Below are positions 1 through 14,091 of a DNA stretch of 54,172 nt, in pieces. A program made the translations under genes and the position numbers. Positions within the stretch are counted from its first letter, which is position 1. The number at the start of each line of letters is the position of its first letter. The notes beneath the pieces were generated by a model that was not told the origin of the DNA, made no database searches, and was given only the letters and a program-made list of their open reading frames with translations. The stretch comes from Octopus bimaculoides (lineage: Eukaryota). The stretch lies in NCBI RefSeq assembly GCF_001194135.2, contig NC_068982.1, positions 19,351,879 to 19,406,050 of the forward strand, in the 5' to 3' direction.

Positions 1-3000
1 AAATAAATATGTATATTTATATATATATATATATGTATATATATTTGTAAATAAATATATATACTTATATATATATATATGTATATATATTTATATACAC
101 ATGTCCAATTTAGATTTTAATCGTATTTGATATATTCATCTGTTTTGCATCACGATCTCTTTATTTTCCCGCCACTCGAACATGTCTCCAGAATTTATTG
201 CTGCGGCCCCACGTTTTTACTTTTTATGATTTAGTAGGTGTTTCTAAAATCCTCGGTATCTTGATCCATGTCTACTGAGTTTAGTTGTGTTATTCAACAT
301 CGTTTTACTAAACATTATGCTACTTCAAAAACGATGCAAGACTGGTATCCTTGCTTTCAACCTTGTCTGCAAATCTCTTTCTTGTTTTGCGATTTACCAA
401 GCAGCTTTAGATACGCCATAAACTATGATACGAAATAATCTGATATATACACTGTATTGTTTTTGGTGTGTTTCCCTCGATATCAGTACATCCTACGTAT
501 CCATTTCCATAAAGGCTTTTACATTTACATCCGGTTTAATGCGCTTGCGAGGGTAAATCCTGTTCCGCTTGAAGATTACAGTTAGAGTATTTTACTTGGT
601 GAAAATATTGCAGTCACTCTTGCTAGTCAAACGCTGCTCTTATAAACTGGTTAAAGTGTTGTTTCTAAATACAGTTCCGCCAACATACGATTTGAATAAT
701 GTCACTTGAGACTAATGCGTCGAAAGAATTTGCAGTACCAATATCTCGGTTAGGTTCGTCATACTGAATCATCTGTCATTCTTGTAGAACCACTTGGGAT
801 TTTGCTATGATAATTGTGATCCTAGGAAATATATTTTGTTGGCTTCTGAAACTGAAAAGGCAGTAACCAAATCACGTTTCACCTTCTTGTAAAAATATCT
901 ACTCTAAAGATTCAAAGGCGACAAAACGTTGCTGCATATATAATCGCATGAATAATCAATATGAAGATAAAGAATGCCAATTATCACATTTCTATCGAAC
1001 GGAATATAGACTTAATGGAATCTTATTATCGTTTTCTCTCAAATCCATTAATGATAATCTATTTGCTTTATTGAAAATATGGAAGAAAAGAAAGGTAAAA
1101 ACTGACACTGTTTTCCAGAATATAAGAACTGTCACCTATATAATCTTTCAAAGAACTATATGCTGTCAGTTACAAAAATGCATATGAGAGAGAAGTATCT
1201 ACACAACCGACGTCGAGGTCATAGCATAGAAATATTTTGGTATGATTTATATATTTTTAAACTCTAATTGTAATTCCTTATTAATATTTTAACCATGAAT
1301 AACGATGAAAAATTTTAAAATTGGGACTGTACATTATACATTTATTGATATGTACTGTCTATCGTAAGTTTAAATCCGATTGTAATACTTTTCCTTTTAC
1401 CCAAATCAATGCAATGATATCTAGTAGGATTTGGAACTTATATAATGCAGCATAATTTTCTGTCTCCCAAAATTATGAAATACTCTTAGTTAATGCAAGG
1501 AAGTTGCTCTAACTGTACATAAATTCCCAGAGACCAGGTTTGAAGATTATAGAATATTTATTTTCTTCAATGTTCTGAGTTCAGATTCTACTTGGAGTGG
1601 TGTTACTCTTCATATCAAAAAGAGAGATAAATTAATTATGTACTAGTAAATCTAAGAACTGATTCAACCTATTAAGTTTAAATTCTATATAAAATGGTCT
1701 TGTTCCATACCGTATATATCCCAGCACTTCCACATAGCATTAACGATTAGATGCCCAGCAAGATGTCTAATTTTGCCTAAGAAATCTCCTTTATATCACA
1801 CTATAGGGTTTCAAAAGTAAAAGTCATTCGAAAAAATGTAATTGTAGATATGCAAAATAAAAGCAGATGGCCTCGACTGAGATATCACTGCTTGTCCATG
1901 AGGTAAACGGAAAAGAACAAAAAATAGAAAATATCTGTAATATATTCCACTATACGTTGAGTTTTAGAAGCAAGCAGATGATGTTGGCCTGTCCACAATG
2001 TCAATGCAGCAAACGAGCGTTTTTAAATTAAGAGATTCCTGAGTATTTTAGGTATAGGGGGATATCTAATTATAACTATAAAATTATAATGTTGTTGAAC
2101 GGATTAGCTTGAAAACTGCCAGGATTTAGGATTCCGCATCTATCAGACTTGTAAAAGGTACAAATGAAGAGTATATATCAGTATAATAGATATGTATTCG
2201 GCATGTATTTTCGTCCTGTATCGCTTCGACGTACTAAAACTCAAATAATCTCAAAATATCGAGTGGGAATATCCGTATAGCCTTTATAATCGAGCAGATG
2301 CAAAGTAGACTAGGTAATTGGTTAACGGGTATATTACATATTGCAGTAACACAACATTACTTACCAAAAGTCTGAAATAAAGTAGAATTTACAAATCATG
2401 AACCTTAGAATAACCGACGTCCAACAAAAATGGTGAATTAATTCGTTTCCAGGACAACAGTGATATTAAACAGAAGACAAAAAGTCTGAAAAGCTAGTTT
2501 GTCATGCTGATAGATTTAGTACGAATCAATATTCCAGTTTCATCTATTGATTACGGATTAGCACTGTAGATGGCAGTATACGTTCATGATATTTCACTCT
2601 ATAAAGCAAAAAGTAAGCTGCTATCAAATTACCTCGGAAAATAAGTTTTCTATGGCTCCAACTAAAGGCGTGATGCTGAACGGATATAGCAATTCACGCT
2701 GGAATAATATACAGCGAAAAGAAAAGAAAGAAACGAAGTTGTTCTCTTTTATCAATGATTCAGTTAACTGATGCATAGGAAATCGAAATAAAAATATTTT
2801 AAATAGTCAGAATGACTACGTGCTATAGCACGTAGTCTATACGTGTCTTTGCGTGTACACGTGTGGGTGTTTGTGCGTGCGTGTTGGTGTGTGTTGTGTG
2901 TTTGTGTGTGTAGCAGTGGATTAGTACGTGAACTTCATTTGTATCGCTCGGCCTCTGCTTCAAATGGCCTCTCTTCTCGTCTCGGGAGGGTTTTGGAAAT

Positions 3001-3405
3001 CATAGCTAATCATCTGCATATGTAGAAGAAACTAAAATAAATAAAAGAGAAGGTAGTAATGCTTTTACACATGAAACCTGTTGCTCTTTGATTTCTAGAA
3101 CAAAGGAACTATCAGTATAAATAAGTATACTATCGTTACAAGCCTTGATCAAAGACTTGTTATAAATATATCTGTGCATAACTCAATACATAAAAGAACT
3201 TAAACGTTACATCGTTATCTAGCATGCCACGCAGTATAATTTCGGTACCCTGCACTTCAAGTTCGAATGCTACCGGAACAAATATTACGTTTCATCATTT
3301 ATAAGTTAATAAATTTAGTACCCGTCCAACAGAGCATATTAGAAGGATTGTTACTTTATTTGAGAAGCGAAGTCATTATTGATGATATGGTTATTTGCTT
3401 TCCGA

Positions 3406-3475
<70 letters not shown>

Positions 3476-3895
3476 GAGAGCAGCAATAGTCATATACACA
3501 CACATTCACTTTTCATGCACACTCATTCGTGCACACATGCAAACATTTATCTATGAGAAACTGGAAGGAAGCGAGGTACAAAATAGCCTTGGGTGAAAGT
3601 AATATTTGTAGTAATTATACCAGCAGTCCATGTTGCATATCAGTCTCTGTATGTAAGATAATAGACTTAGCTATCTTACCTTTTTTATAGTACTACCATC
3701 CTACGAGTTCCGGTTTGGTAGGCATGGTATTCATGTGTTGCCTCTACAAACGCGTCCATAAATCGAAGTTGTTCATAGGCTGAGCAGCCACGCGTAAATA
3801 TACACATACGTACATTTGTATGCACATGCACACAAAGACACACACACACACAGGTAGTTTCACGCAATCATATGTATGTGCATATATATATACAC

Positions 3896-3931
<36 letters not shown>

Positions 3932-4414
3932 TGGGTAGTTAGTCCTTTTGGAAATTCACTACCAGTGGCCTAGTATGTATAAAATATCAATAGACAACAT
4001 ATTCTCAATATAAAATAGTGTACATTTAACCACAAGAGAAAACTACCTTCAACAGGCAGTTATTACCCGCTAGAAGTACCAATTTTTGAAAGATTAGTTC
4101 GGCAGTCATTCATTTATTCCCGACTGATACTGCGCTTGCGCGGTGAATTTGAAAAATTGTAATGTATAATGAAGGGACACGTGTTAATCGTCTCTTAATT
4201 ATATGTTAGTGTTATGGCGCGGTCACTGATGAAAAATTTCGCCTAGCAAATTATTTTATTTGCTAAAAAAAAAATTAGAAACCTACGTCTGACCGGAATA
4301 AAATGACAAGGTAAAAGTTTTTACTTTTCTTTCCACCTAAATGTGGTTGTGGTCATTTTTACTACTTCTTCTAGCGTGTAAAAACTTCTTGTCGAAGGCA
4401 GTTCTATTTTGTGC

Positions 4415-4463
<49 letters not shown>

Positions 4464-4989
4464 TGTGTGTGTGTGTGTGTGTGCATGTCTACACATACGC
4501 TCCCACACATAAGCACACTGAGGCATATTGCTTACCGATCTAATTGCTTTCACATCTAGTTCATACACATGAGAAACTCAGTTTCTACATGGCCCTCGTA
4601 TGCGTCTGTTGGCGTGTTATCCTCCTCAATATATAAGAGTGAGTTATCCTACGCTGTAGATGTGTAGAGATCTTCCGTATGTCGTCATATAGCATCCAAT
4701 GTGTATCTATGCAGGAAAGTATAGATTTTTATGTGTCCAACAGCACTGACCCAGGCAATGATGATCTTCATTGCTCGATGTCTACATCTGATGTATTAGG
4801 AAATTAGCGGTTTTGTATAATAAGTGCAACAAAGTTAGTGTTTCGCCCAAATCTTCCTTAGTATTGGCTTTGTTATGATCATCGCTCGTGTCCATCCAAT
4901 TAGTAGACAGGATGACGGAAGAGGATATATGCTGAGATAGAGCAGAGAGAAGGGGTTCGTGTCTACAATGTAGTATGCATTTAGTTTAT

Positions 4990-5310
4990 GCAAATATAAG
5001 GGTAAGTACCCCCACTTCGGTCATGAATGGCCATGGGATTGCACCTAGGTTGTTTATTAAAAACCAGTAGTCACCCATACATACTAGCCCCTCTTCTCCA
5101 CGCCATGATGTAATCCAAGGGAAAGGCAAAAGCCGATATAGTTTTGCGCCAGTGACGTCGCAACTCATTTCTGAAGCTGAGTGAACTGAAGTAATGTGAA
5201 ATAAAGTGTTTTGCCCAAGAACACAACACGTGGCCCAGTCAGGGAATCAAGCTCATAACCTCATAATTATGAACCCGACGCTCTAACCACTGGCTATGCG
5301 CCTCCATCAG
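4990..5310 (-). mobile_element. tRNA-derived SINE, family D (CORE-like body), with a 3' tail different from the copy at 30990
   Basis: Reverse complement starts GAGGCGCATAGCCAGTGGTTAGAGCG (box A-like), has a degenerate box B (GAGCTTGATTCC), then GTGTTGTGTTCTTGGGCAAAACACTTTATTTCACATTACTTCAGTTCACTCAGCT, homologous to the body of 30990-31292. Confidence 0.8.
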
Positions 5311-5502
5311 AAGAGAGAAAGTGGTAGCTAAGATGCAGTGCTTGATTTCATGGTATAGTTAACAACCATATTTCATCATGAGTAATGTATCCCTCCACAA
5401 AGGCGGACAGGATACCCAACAAAATCATTTCCGTCTATAATTAACATCACACTTTTAAAATGTTTATATATATATATATGTATCTATATATATATAACAT
5501 CA

Positions 5503-5541
<39 letters not shown>

Positions 5542-7145
5542 CAAAGCCATTTATTTTGTCTATTGTTTTAAAGTATGGTGCATTTGACCAGTAGAAGTTG
5601 GGATGCGGAAGATTAGTACACAATTTTTTTTTATTTAATGAAGTGTAATGTTACTAAAAATAAAACAAATTAAGCTGATCTATTCACAAACCTAGTAAGC
5701 ATACTTTCTAAAAATACTGAACATTAATGGATGAAAGAACAAACAAAAACAAAACAAAACAAAATGTGCTTCATGTTTGCTTGCGTTAAAGTAAGAAATT
5801 GTTCATATAAATATTTAATTTATATCTGCAGGACAAGTCATAACGTGTAAAGATAAAATATAATGAATGAAGATCAATAAATATACGATATCACCCAGCC
5901 ATATTTCTGTTTTCTGTGAGATGGCCAATATTGTACAGTTACTGTACAGTAAAGTTAATCTCTTGTAAAACTCATCACAGGTGCCGTTTTTCTTTTATGA
6001 TGTTGGAAACAATGTTCTTACTTCATATTAATCCTTCGCCACAGAATATATACAATAGATTAACTCATATACCATATGAGGAGCTGCATTATGTAATTTG
6101 TGCATTTATGGTCAAATATAGATCACAAAAGGATTTACCTCGGGTATCACTTTGTCTAACTGAACGGGCTGTAGTCTTCATGCTACAACCAGAATCTACA
6201 TGGTTGATGTAACAACATGTCTTCAGAGCATAATCTCTTACATACACACAGATATAAATATACAAATAAATATATATATATACACACACATAAACACATA
6301 TATTTATACATATATATATATATACACACGCACACATATATACATATATAAGTGTACACACACACACACACGCATGTACAGAATACGGGATTCTTAGTTT
6401 TTGTGCAACAATTCACTAAATGTTGCAATTCATCAGCAGGATTTCTTTGAATTGTTATAATGAAATTCAGAATGTTCAATGTAAGGGATCGAAACCGTTA
6501 TCATTTAATAAATGTAGGTTTCTATTTGCAATGATATTGAGGTTTAATTATTTTGCTGATACACGTGATTTGTCGATTGGTCTCTGAGGAAGATACCATT
6601 GCGATGGTAGTTCNNNNNNNNNNNNNNNNNNNNNNNNNNNNNNNNNNNNNNNNNNNNNNNNNNNNNNNNNNNNNNNNNNNNNNNNNNNNNNNNNNNNNNN
6701 NNNNNNNNNNNNNNNNNNNNNNNNNNNNNNNNNNNNNNNNNNNNNNNNNNNNNNNNNNNNNNNNNNNNNNNNNNNNNNNNNNNNNNNNNNNNNNNNNNNN
6801 NNNNNNNNNNNNNNNNNNNNNNNNNNNNNNNNNNNNNNNNNNNNNNNNNNNNNNNNNNNNNNNNNNNNNNNNNNNNNNNNNNNNNNNNNNNNNNNNNNNN
6901 NNNNNNNNNNNNNNNNNNNNNNNNNNNNNNNNNNNNNNNNNNNNNNNNNNNNNNNNNNNNNNNNNNNNNNNNNNNNNNNNNNNNNNNNNNNNNNNNNNNN
7001 NNNNNNNNNNNNNNNNNNNNNNNNNNNNNNNNNNNNNNNNNNNNNNNNNNNNNNNNNNNNNNNNNNNNNNNNNNNNNNNNNNNNNNNNNNNNNNNNNNNN
7101 NNNNNNNNNNNNNNNNNNNNNNNNNNNNNNNNNNNNNNNNNNNNN

Positions 7146-7193
<48 letters not shown>

Positions 7194-8110
7194 CAAATAA
7201 CGATCTCGTTTAATTCTCCGCGATCAAGTTTTAACTGTAGTTAGAACCTATAAATATTTGGTAATATAACTACTTTGAATAGCTGATATTAATGTTTCAA
7301 TTTGAAAACAACAACAAACGACTGATAATTTCATGTATAATATACGAGCTATCTCTGATAATATCAATCAGATATAATAAGCATTAAGTATATGAACAAA
7401 AAGCTTCGGTGTGATATTTCGTTTAGTTGGATTGCTGAGATGACTTTTGAAACTGACAGAAAAAGAACCCTATTTTTGCCAGTTAACTTTTTATCGAAGG
7501 AGAAATTATATCTGATACTTATAACCACTTTTAAGTATCAGCTCAATGGAGGTGATAGTTCTTTAGCTTGAATGATTGAGTTCGATATTATCAACTGAAA
7601 TGAAAAACCACTTTTGATTGAAAACCTTCGTATTCGATGTGACATTTATTTCCCATATTCGTAATGGAATCTTAACGTCAGTCAAATCAGTTCATGTAAT
7701 ATTAGAGTGGATAGTTTCATTTTAATTTCTCAAGTCATTCTTGGAAGTCACTAGGGAGTAGTATTATTGGTAACCATATCAATGTTTCCTCATCAATTAA
7801 TTGCTACTATTGTATTTACAATACCATGGCATGTAATAGACACTGACATAATTTGCGTAACGTTGTTACTGTAAGTAAGTTAAGTATAACATGATAACTA
7901 CGTAAATAATGCTCTTTATTACAGTGATATTGTACGCGCTATTATCATAGTTTTAAGCGTGAATGACGGATAGAGACATCAATATCAGAGCCATTTTTAA
8001 TATACCGTTGGCTAGTATGTTAACTGGACCAGCTTTCATATCATTCAACGCTATACAGTTGTATAAGTGTATAATGTCTGTCTATCTATCTATCTATCTA
8101 TGGCATATAA

Positions 8111-8149
<39 letters not shown>

Positions 8150-8150
<1 letters not shown>

Positions 8151-8655
8151 TTTTATTCTTTTACTTGTTCTAGTTCTTTGACAGCGGCCATGCTGGAGCA
8201 CCACCCTTTAGTCGAACAAATCGACAACAGGTCTTATTCTTTGTAAGCCTAGCACTTATTCTATCGGTTTCTCTTGTAGAACCGCTCGGTATCGGGGANN
8301 NNNNNNNNNNNNNNNNNNNNNNNNNNNNNNNNNNNNNNNNNNNNNNNNNNNNNNNNNNNNNNNNNNNNNNNNNNNNNNNNNNNNNNNNNNNNNNNNNNNN
8401 NNNNNNNNNNNNNNNNNNNNNNNNNNNNNNNNNNNNNNNNNNNNNNNNNNNNNNNNNNNNNNNNNNNNNNNNNNNNNNNNNNNNNNNNNNNNNNNNNNNN
8501 NNNNNNNNNNNNNNNNNNNNNNNNNNNNNNNNNNNNNNNNNNNNNNNNNNNNNNNNNNNNNNNNNNNNNNNNNNNNNNNNNNNNNNNNNNNNNNNNNNNN
8601 NNNNNNNNNNNNNNNNNNNNNNNNNNNNNNNGGAATGAACCCGGAACCATATGCT
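8150..8655 (-). mobile_element. SINE family A, middle lost in N gap
   Basis: Tail block GCGGCCATGCTGGAGCACC...GTCGAACAAATCGAC...TTATTCTTTGTAAGCCTAG matches other copies; head remnant GAACCCGGAACCAT follows the gap. Confidence 0.8.
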
Positions 8656-8784
8656 TATATATTTTGTCTGTCTTAAGTGCATTCTAAACTATTGCATTCA
8701 GAAGACGTGTTGAAGCGAAGTAATTTGTTACACACAAACACACACGCACGTAGACAAGCAGACAGGCGACACAAAGATAGGGAA

Positions 8785-8843
<59 letters not shown>

Positions 8844-9149
8844 TATAGATAGATAGACAGAGAGAGAGAGTTTGCAGTAATTTTCTTGAACATGCAGCGA
8901 TTGTGAAAAAATTAAGCAGGAATAGAAATACCAAAGATGTACTAATTCGAAAACATATTGTTCATTGTACAATCTATTCTTACATAGCCTAAAGAAACGC
9001 GATAAAATACAAAAGGCCGCAGGCCATAATAGAAATATTTTAATCAAACTAGGGCGAAACAAACAGATAAAAAAACATGTGTAGAAGTATTAGATAGAAT
9101 ATTTGCAAGAATTATCCATACATACACTATCATTTAGAATATATATTGA

Positions 9150-9363
9150 TTTCAAATATTGGCGCGTAGCCAGCAATTTTTTTTGGGGGGGAGGGTAGTC
9201 GATTATATCGACCTTAGTACACAATTGGTACGTGTTTTATCAGCCCCAACATAATGAAAGTCAAGGTCAGCGTCGGTGGAATTTGAACTCATAAAGTAAT
9301 TACACGTGAAATGCCGCTAAGTATTTTGCCCTGACCGGTAACGATTCTGCCAGCTCGCGGCTT
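9150..9363 (-). mobile_element. SINE family B (Deu/Nin-like domain), diverged
   Basis: GTAGTCGATTATATCGAC...GGTAC...ATGAAAG...GGAATTTGAACTC...CGATTCTGCCAGCTCGC is the reverse complement of the copy at 27371. Confidence 0.8.
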
Positions 9364-9429
9364 TACATAAATCGTATATTAAATGCTATTTAGGTGTGCG
9401 ATATTTGACGTTTATCTTTCATACTATAG

Positions 9430-9800
9430 CTGTCTCAGTTACTGGACTGCGACCATGTGTGGGCGCCACCTTGAATAGTTTTAATTGAACGAATCGACCA
9501 CTGTGTATTTAGCCTTGTACACATTATATCGGTCTTTTTCGACGAACCGCAAAGGTAACCGTATGTATGTCAGCAAACCACCACCGTTTATCAAGGCGTT
9601 GTGAGGGATAAACGCGTACACAAAGATGAACATATACATACATATACACACGTATAGAAAGATATATACGACGTGCTTCTTTCAGTGTCCTTCTAACAAA
9701 TCCATCTAAAAGGATATGGTTGACGATATTTGAAGGCTCCTCTTGAAGATGTCACGCATTGGGGCTATATCCGGAACCATGTGATGGGAAAGTAAAATTC
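9430..9800 (-). mobile_element. SINE family A, old diverged copy
   Basis: Same block order as 13271-13811: CTGCGACCATG..GCGCCACC, GAACCGC, GCTTCTTTCAG, CCGGAACCATGTG. Confidence 0.7.
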
Positions 9801-10329
9801 TGTGGTATTTTGATTATCATTAAAAAAACAGACGAAACCTATCTATCTATCTATCTATGTAAGAAGTGCATAATAAAAATTGTTATTTGGGTTTTTTCTT
9901 ATATTTGGTATGTCGATGTGTGTATACGTTACTCTGGGAGTCAGGTAAAGCATAACATTTTTATGTTTTAATATCTGGAAACCATTTCAGATGTTTTCCA
10001 ATGACAAATGCTTGCTAAATTCCTGGTTATGTAACATGCACTTTTAATTTCAAACATATATATGACGACTCTATATATTATTGCACATAATGTACAAATT
10101 ACATTAAGTACAAAGAGATATTGACATGTTGATTGGCATCAGTGCATTTGGTCTATAGGATAGTTATCTTATCTGAGATATATATTGGATGATTCATTAA
10201 TTTGCTTTTATCTAATTGCTCGGAAAAGTAGTAGGTTTATAAAACAATACGCGTACATAATTTAGTTTCATGCTTACACGCACATACCCATATAGTTATT
10301 GACAGTGTTTCCACACATTGGTAAAATAC

Positions 10330-12440
10330 GGTCCTGCTCATTTAAGTATTAGAAATGAGGCGAAATGTATAAGTGATTGAAAGCCCCCATTATTTGTCGA
10401 TATTAAAGTCAAAGAAGATTGTGCGGAGAATATCGAAGCAGGCCTTAAATCAGACAGCAAGGATATACTGGAAGGCATATAGCCATGCTCTATATCAATC
10501 TTGTCTATGTGGCTAATGTGTTGTAAGGGGAAATTTAGTTGTAGCGCTGGCCATGATATGTTCAGTCATTTGGAATGTTTCGGAAAGAAACTTCTGCTTA
10601 CTAAGACGGTTAAATATTTCTTCGGATGTAGTACTGAGTTTTACCGCGAAGAGTTTTACAATTTAAAATTGTTCAGTATAAAAAAATAGTAGAATTAACT
10701 AATCTCTTAGTATTGGGAATAATATGCACAATAATGTTGTTGCACTTTGGGAGAACATGTGCCAGAAATATTCCATACTATAGTATAGGCTAAGTAGATG
10801 ACCACTTCTGAATGTGGCTGGAATGAATGTTATCTTGGTTGGTGTATCTTTCTTTAATATTATGACGTTAAAGAACTGATTTTCCAATTGTCACACAATT
10901 GAACCAGAAGAGAACTCGAGAAGGTTGGGGCGTACAGAGCCGAAATGCAGTGAAAACAAGAACCAAGATCAGGACACCACTCTGATTCATACATAGCGAT
11001 CGATGAGTCATTGGTTAGATATTTAATCAATTGACTAATTATAAAGAAGTGATTTGCACCAGTGCGTGTGTTTATTATTATTGTGGTAATGACCGTCCCG
11101 CAACAAGATCGAGGCCCTGTATGCACCGTTGACTTACTAAAATTAGCAAGTAAATATCTTGAAGTAATACTTCCCCGTGGTAGTTCAAATGGCACATTGC
11201 GTTTTATCGTCCAGAGTTCACAGTTCCTTTTCTAGGCATCATGATGCTCACGATAGGAACAAGTATCCTTATAGATATACTCGATTTCAGATGGTCTGTT
11301 GTTAAATAGCATCAAACTGATTTTCTTGTAGATATTTTTGTTTTCACCAACGTTTAGTTACAAGACAAAGAAAATATCTGACTGTGTTTTGAAGAATCGG
11401 TCTATAGTATTTTTAGAAAGCATAATGTTTAATTTTCATATGGTAAACTCGGAATGGAATTAAATTTTCGAGCATATTACAAATGTGTGCAGATCTATTT
11501 TACACTATATCCATATTTGTGAAGAAACATTTCTATTACTTCTGTAAGATTATGTTCCCAGTATAATGTTTAAAGAAATCCGATCAAACATGTGAAGAAA
11601 AACCGATTCCATGGAATTATCTAGTTGGGGAAGCGTGAATAACAACTTTAAAATAAAACTGCTAAACGCTACTTGGATAGCACGAATATTTGAGTCGGAT
11701 TATACAAATGAAAATAATCTTCAAATCAATAAAAAGACAGAAAGTGCAAAACTCTGTGACTTTTAAAAATGAATTATGATTTTAGTAGTTCTTTCGCTTT
11801 TATTTATTTGTTGTGATTATATTTCCTTAATTTCTATTTTTATTGGTAAGAATAACAGCAATAGTTTTCAAGTTAATCTCTCTCTAAAGCGCAAACATAC
11901 TAAATACACTTCTGCTCTGAAACTGACATACTCGTTTGGAAAACCAAGAAAAAAGGAAGCGTGCAAAATATTTACAAAATAACAATGTGAATGCAATTCA
12001 ACGTGAAATTATTAAAATATAAAATATGAAATAAATTTGAAATTGAAAATTTAATTTAATCAAACGCAATCTTTATACTCATTTATTTTCGTTTTATTTG
12101 TATGTCAACACAACTTAAACCTTCATCATGGTTGCTTGATTTGAGAAGCGATGCTGCAGAGAATTCAGACACAATATTATTGTTTAAAGATATACTACTG
12201 AAGACTGCAGATTTCAATAATAAAATCGATGGAATCAGCCTTTTATGCCCAATATTTATTTCATACACCGAATGCGTTAGGAAATTTAAGGTAGAGATCT
12301 ACGTTAATAGAATACTTATAAATGTTGAGACAAGCAGACTTACAATTAATTCTCATTCAGATCGATCCAGTTCTCATTGTCTCAGAGTTGCAGATTTGGG
12401 ATTCAGCACGAGGATTTGGAATTTTCTAAAATTTCAGGAA
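10330..12440 (-). mobile_element. Decayed Penelope-like element 1 (N-terminus, RT, thumb, possible GIY-YIG remnants)
   Basis: Frameshifted minus-strand peptides in the expected order: KIPNP..MR (about 12427-12340; cf. KNIPIP..RMRWKA), IKQ..NKT (cf. IKQS..ADKT), WEHNLTEVIEMF (11560-11525; cf. QWKNTxEVIEWF), INTRTGANHFFIISQL..LTNDSS (about 11075-11000; cf. YINxxSNHPxxIIKQ..RLSxNSS), FWFNCVTIGK (10909-10880; cf. IWFNPPFSxxVxTNIGK). Consensus motifs are recalled, not searched. Confidence 0.65.
12323..12431 (+). repeat. 109-bp direct repeat, copy 1
   Basis: Aligns ungapped to 14092-14200 with 7 mismatches in 109 bp. Confidence 0.97.
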
Positions 12441-12513
12441 ATTCTGGTTCTCCGTTCTGTATTAAAAGTTACAAGAATTAACGGGCTTCAGTGAACTGTT
12501 ATCTCTGCATATC

Positions 12514-12549
<36 letters not shown>

Positions 12550-12600
12550 TGTGTGTGTGTGTGTGTGTGTGTGTNNNNNNNNNNTATATATATATATATA

Positions 12601-12651
<51 letters not shown>

Positions 12652-13270
12652 ATGTGTGTATACGGCTTTAATATAAGCAGTTTCGCCACTCTTGATTGTT
12701 CAGTTTAGTGGGTCACGGCAAACGTCTTTACAATTTACTTATCACATTGCGACAAAACATATCTGTCCTTTACATAGCAACACTTGATCCTTTCTGTTCG
12801 CATCAAAAGCCTTCAGTGAATTTTCGATCTACTTCTATATTATAAGTATAATTCATTGGAAGCTAAACCTTTGCAAATCGTTACGTTAAATATCTTGATA
12901 GAGTTCTGTTGTCTGAAAAACAGAGGGTGATTGAATATCATACTGAACTCTTGTTAGTTGACATTTAATAGAAAAGAAGATTTTAAGCTAACAATGTAAA
13001 CGATGTATCTAAAGTATGTGCTCAATTATAGTAGATTACATGAAATTGAACTGCAAAAAGAACTAGAGAACACAGGTTAAATATATCCATATTAAAATAT
13101 ATATATGCTGAAATGTAAAAGCATTATATGTGTTGACAATTGCAATTATGTGTATAAAAATTAATAACGGACCAGTATAAATAATCAGTGAGAACAAGTG
13201 CATCTATTGATATTTATTAGTTGTGATAAGGAGAGAAAATTGCTCATATTCTGCCAGTTGTTTTGGCTTT

Positions 13271-13811
13271 ATTCTTCTATTCTTTTACTTGTTTCAGTAA
13301 TTTGACTGCAGCCATGCTGAAGCACCGCCTTTTAGTCGAAAACATCGACCCCCAGGACTTATTTTTTGTAAGCCTAGTACTTATTCTATCTGTCTCTTTT
13401 TGCCGAACCGCTGATTAAGGGGACACAATCAAACCAACTACCGGTCGTCACGCGATAGTGGGGGATAAACAAACACGCACACCCCAGACACACACACACA
13501 AACATATACACATACATATATATAATATATANNNNNNNNNNNNNNNNNNNNNNNNNNNNNNNNNNNNNNNNNNNNNNNNNNNNNNNNNNNNNNNNNNNNN
13601 NNNNNNNNNNNNNNNNNNNNNNATATATATATATATATATATATATATACGACGGGCTTCTTTCAGTTTCCGTTTACCAAATCCACCCACGGGGCTTTGG
13701 TCGGCCCGAGGCTATAGTAGAAGATTCTTGTCCAAGGTGCTGCAGAGTGGGACTGAACGGCGAACCATGTGTTTATTAAGCAAGCTACTTACCACAGAGT
13801 CACTCAAGCGC
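13271..13811 (-). mobile_element. SINE family A, near full length, internal microsatellite plus N gap
   Basis: Head GTGGGACTGAAC..GAACCATGT, CORE-like CTTGTCCAAGGTGC, GACGGGCTTCTTTCAGTTTCCGT, tail TCTTTTACTTGTTTCAGT..GCAGCCATGCTGAAGCACCGCC. Confidence 0.9.
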
Positions 13812-14091
13812 TTTATTTCTTTTAATCAGCCGTTGGGGGACATAATTGCGAAGCATGAATGCCGAGCCTACTGAAACCTTATACCTTATAGCGTTCTTGA
13901 AACTCCTACCTATTTAAAAATAATAGAAATAATTTCTGAAGCAAAAACAAACCTTATTGTACAGAATGAATAGAAAACTACCTGGTATATATGGAATAAC
14001 ATGACAGACCAGTGATCCTGTTATTTTTAAAAGCAAACATTTTGGGATTATTTGTAGCTAATTTTCTTCAACTATTTTCAATATATGATTT

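Noticed and set aside
430-535. Minus-strand peptide CKCKSLYGNGYVGCTDI resembling an EGF-domain tail
   Set aside because: In-frame TAA immediately upstream, no acceptor between, and no following DEC or other EGF exons.
1860-2580. Possible very old RTE fragment (QADDVGL, MQSRLGNWLTGIL, KLVCHADR)
   Set aside because: Motifs are too degraded to support by eye; needs a translated search.
4560-4975. GC-balanced block that looks like an interspersed repeat or LINE remnant
   Set aside because: No second copy in the window and no consistent RT motif in any frame; left unclassified.
6385-6440. Minus-strand CTGATGA followed by a 7-bp stem (TGCAACA/TGTTGCA)
   Set aside because: No GAAA after the stem and no stems I/III, so not a hammerhead.
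12340-12425. Minus-strand exon with a perfect GTAAGT donor
   Set aside because: All three frames contain stops, and the donor is CTAAGT in the duplicate.
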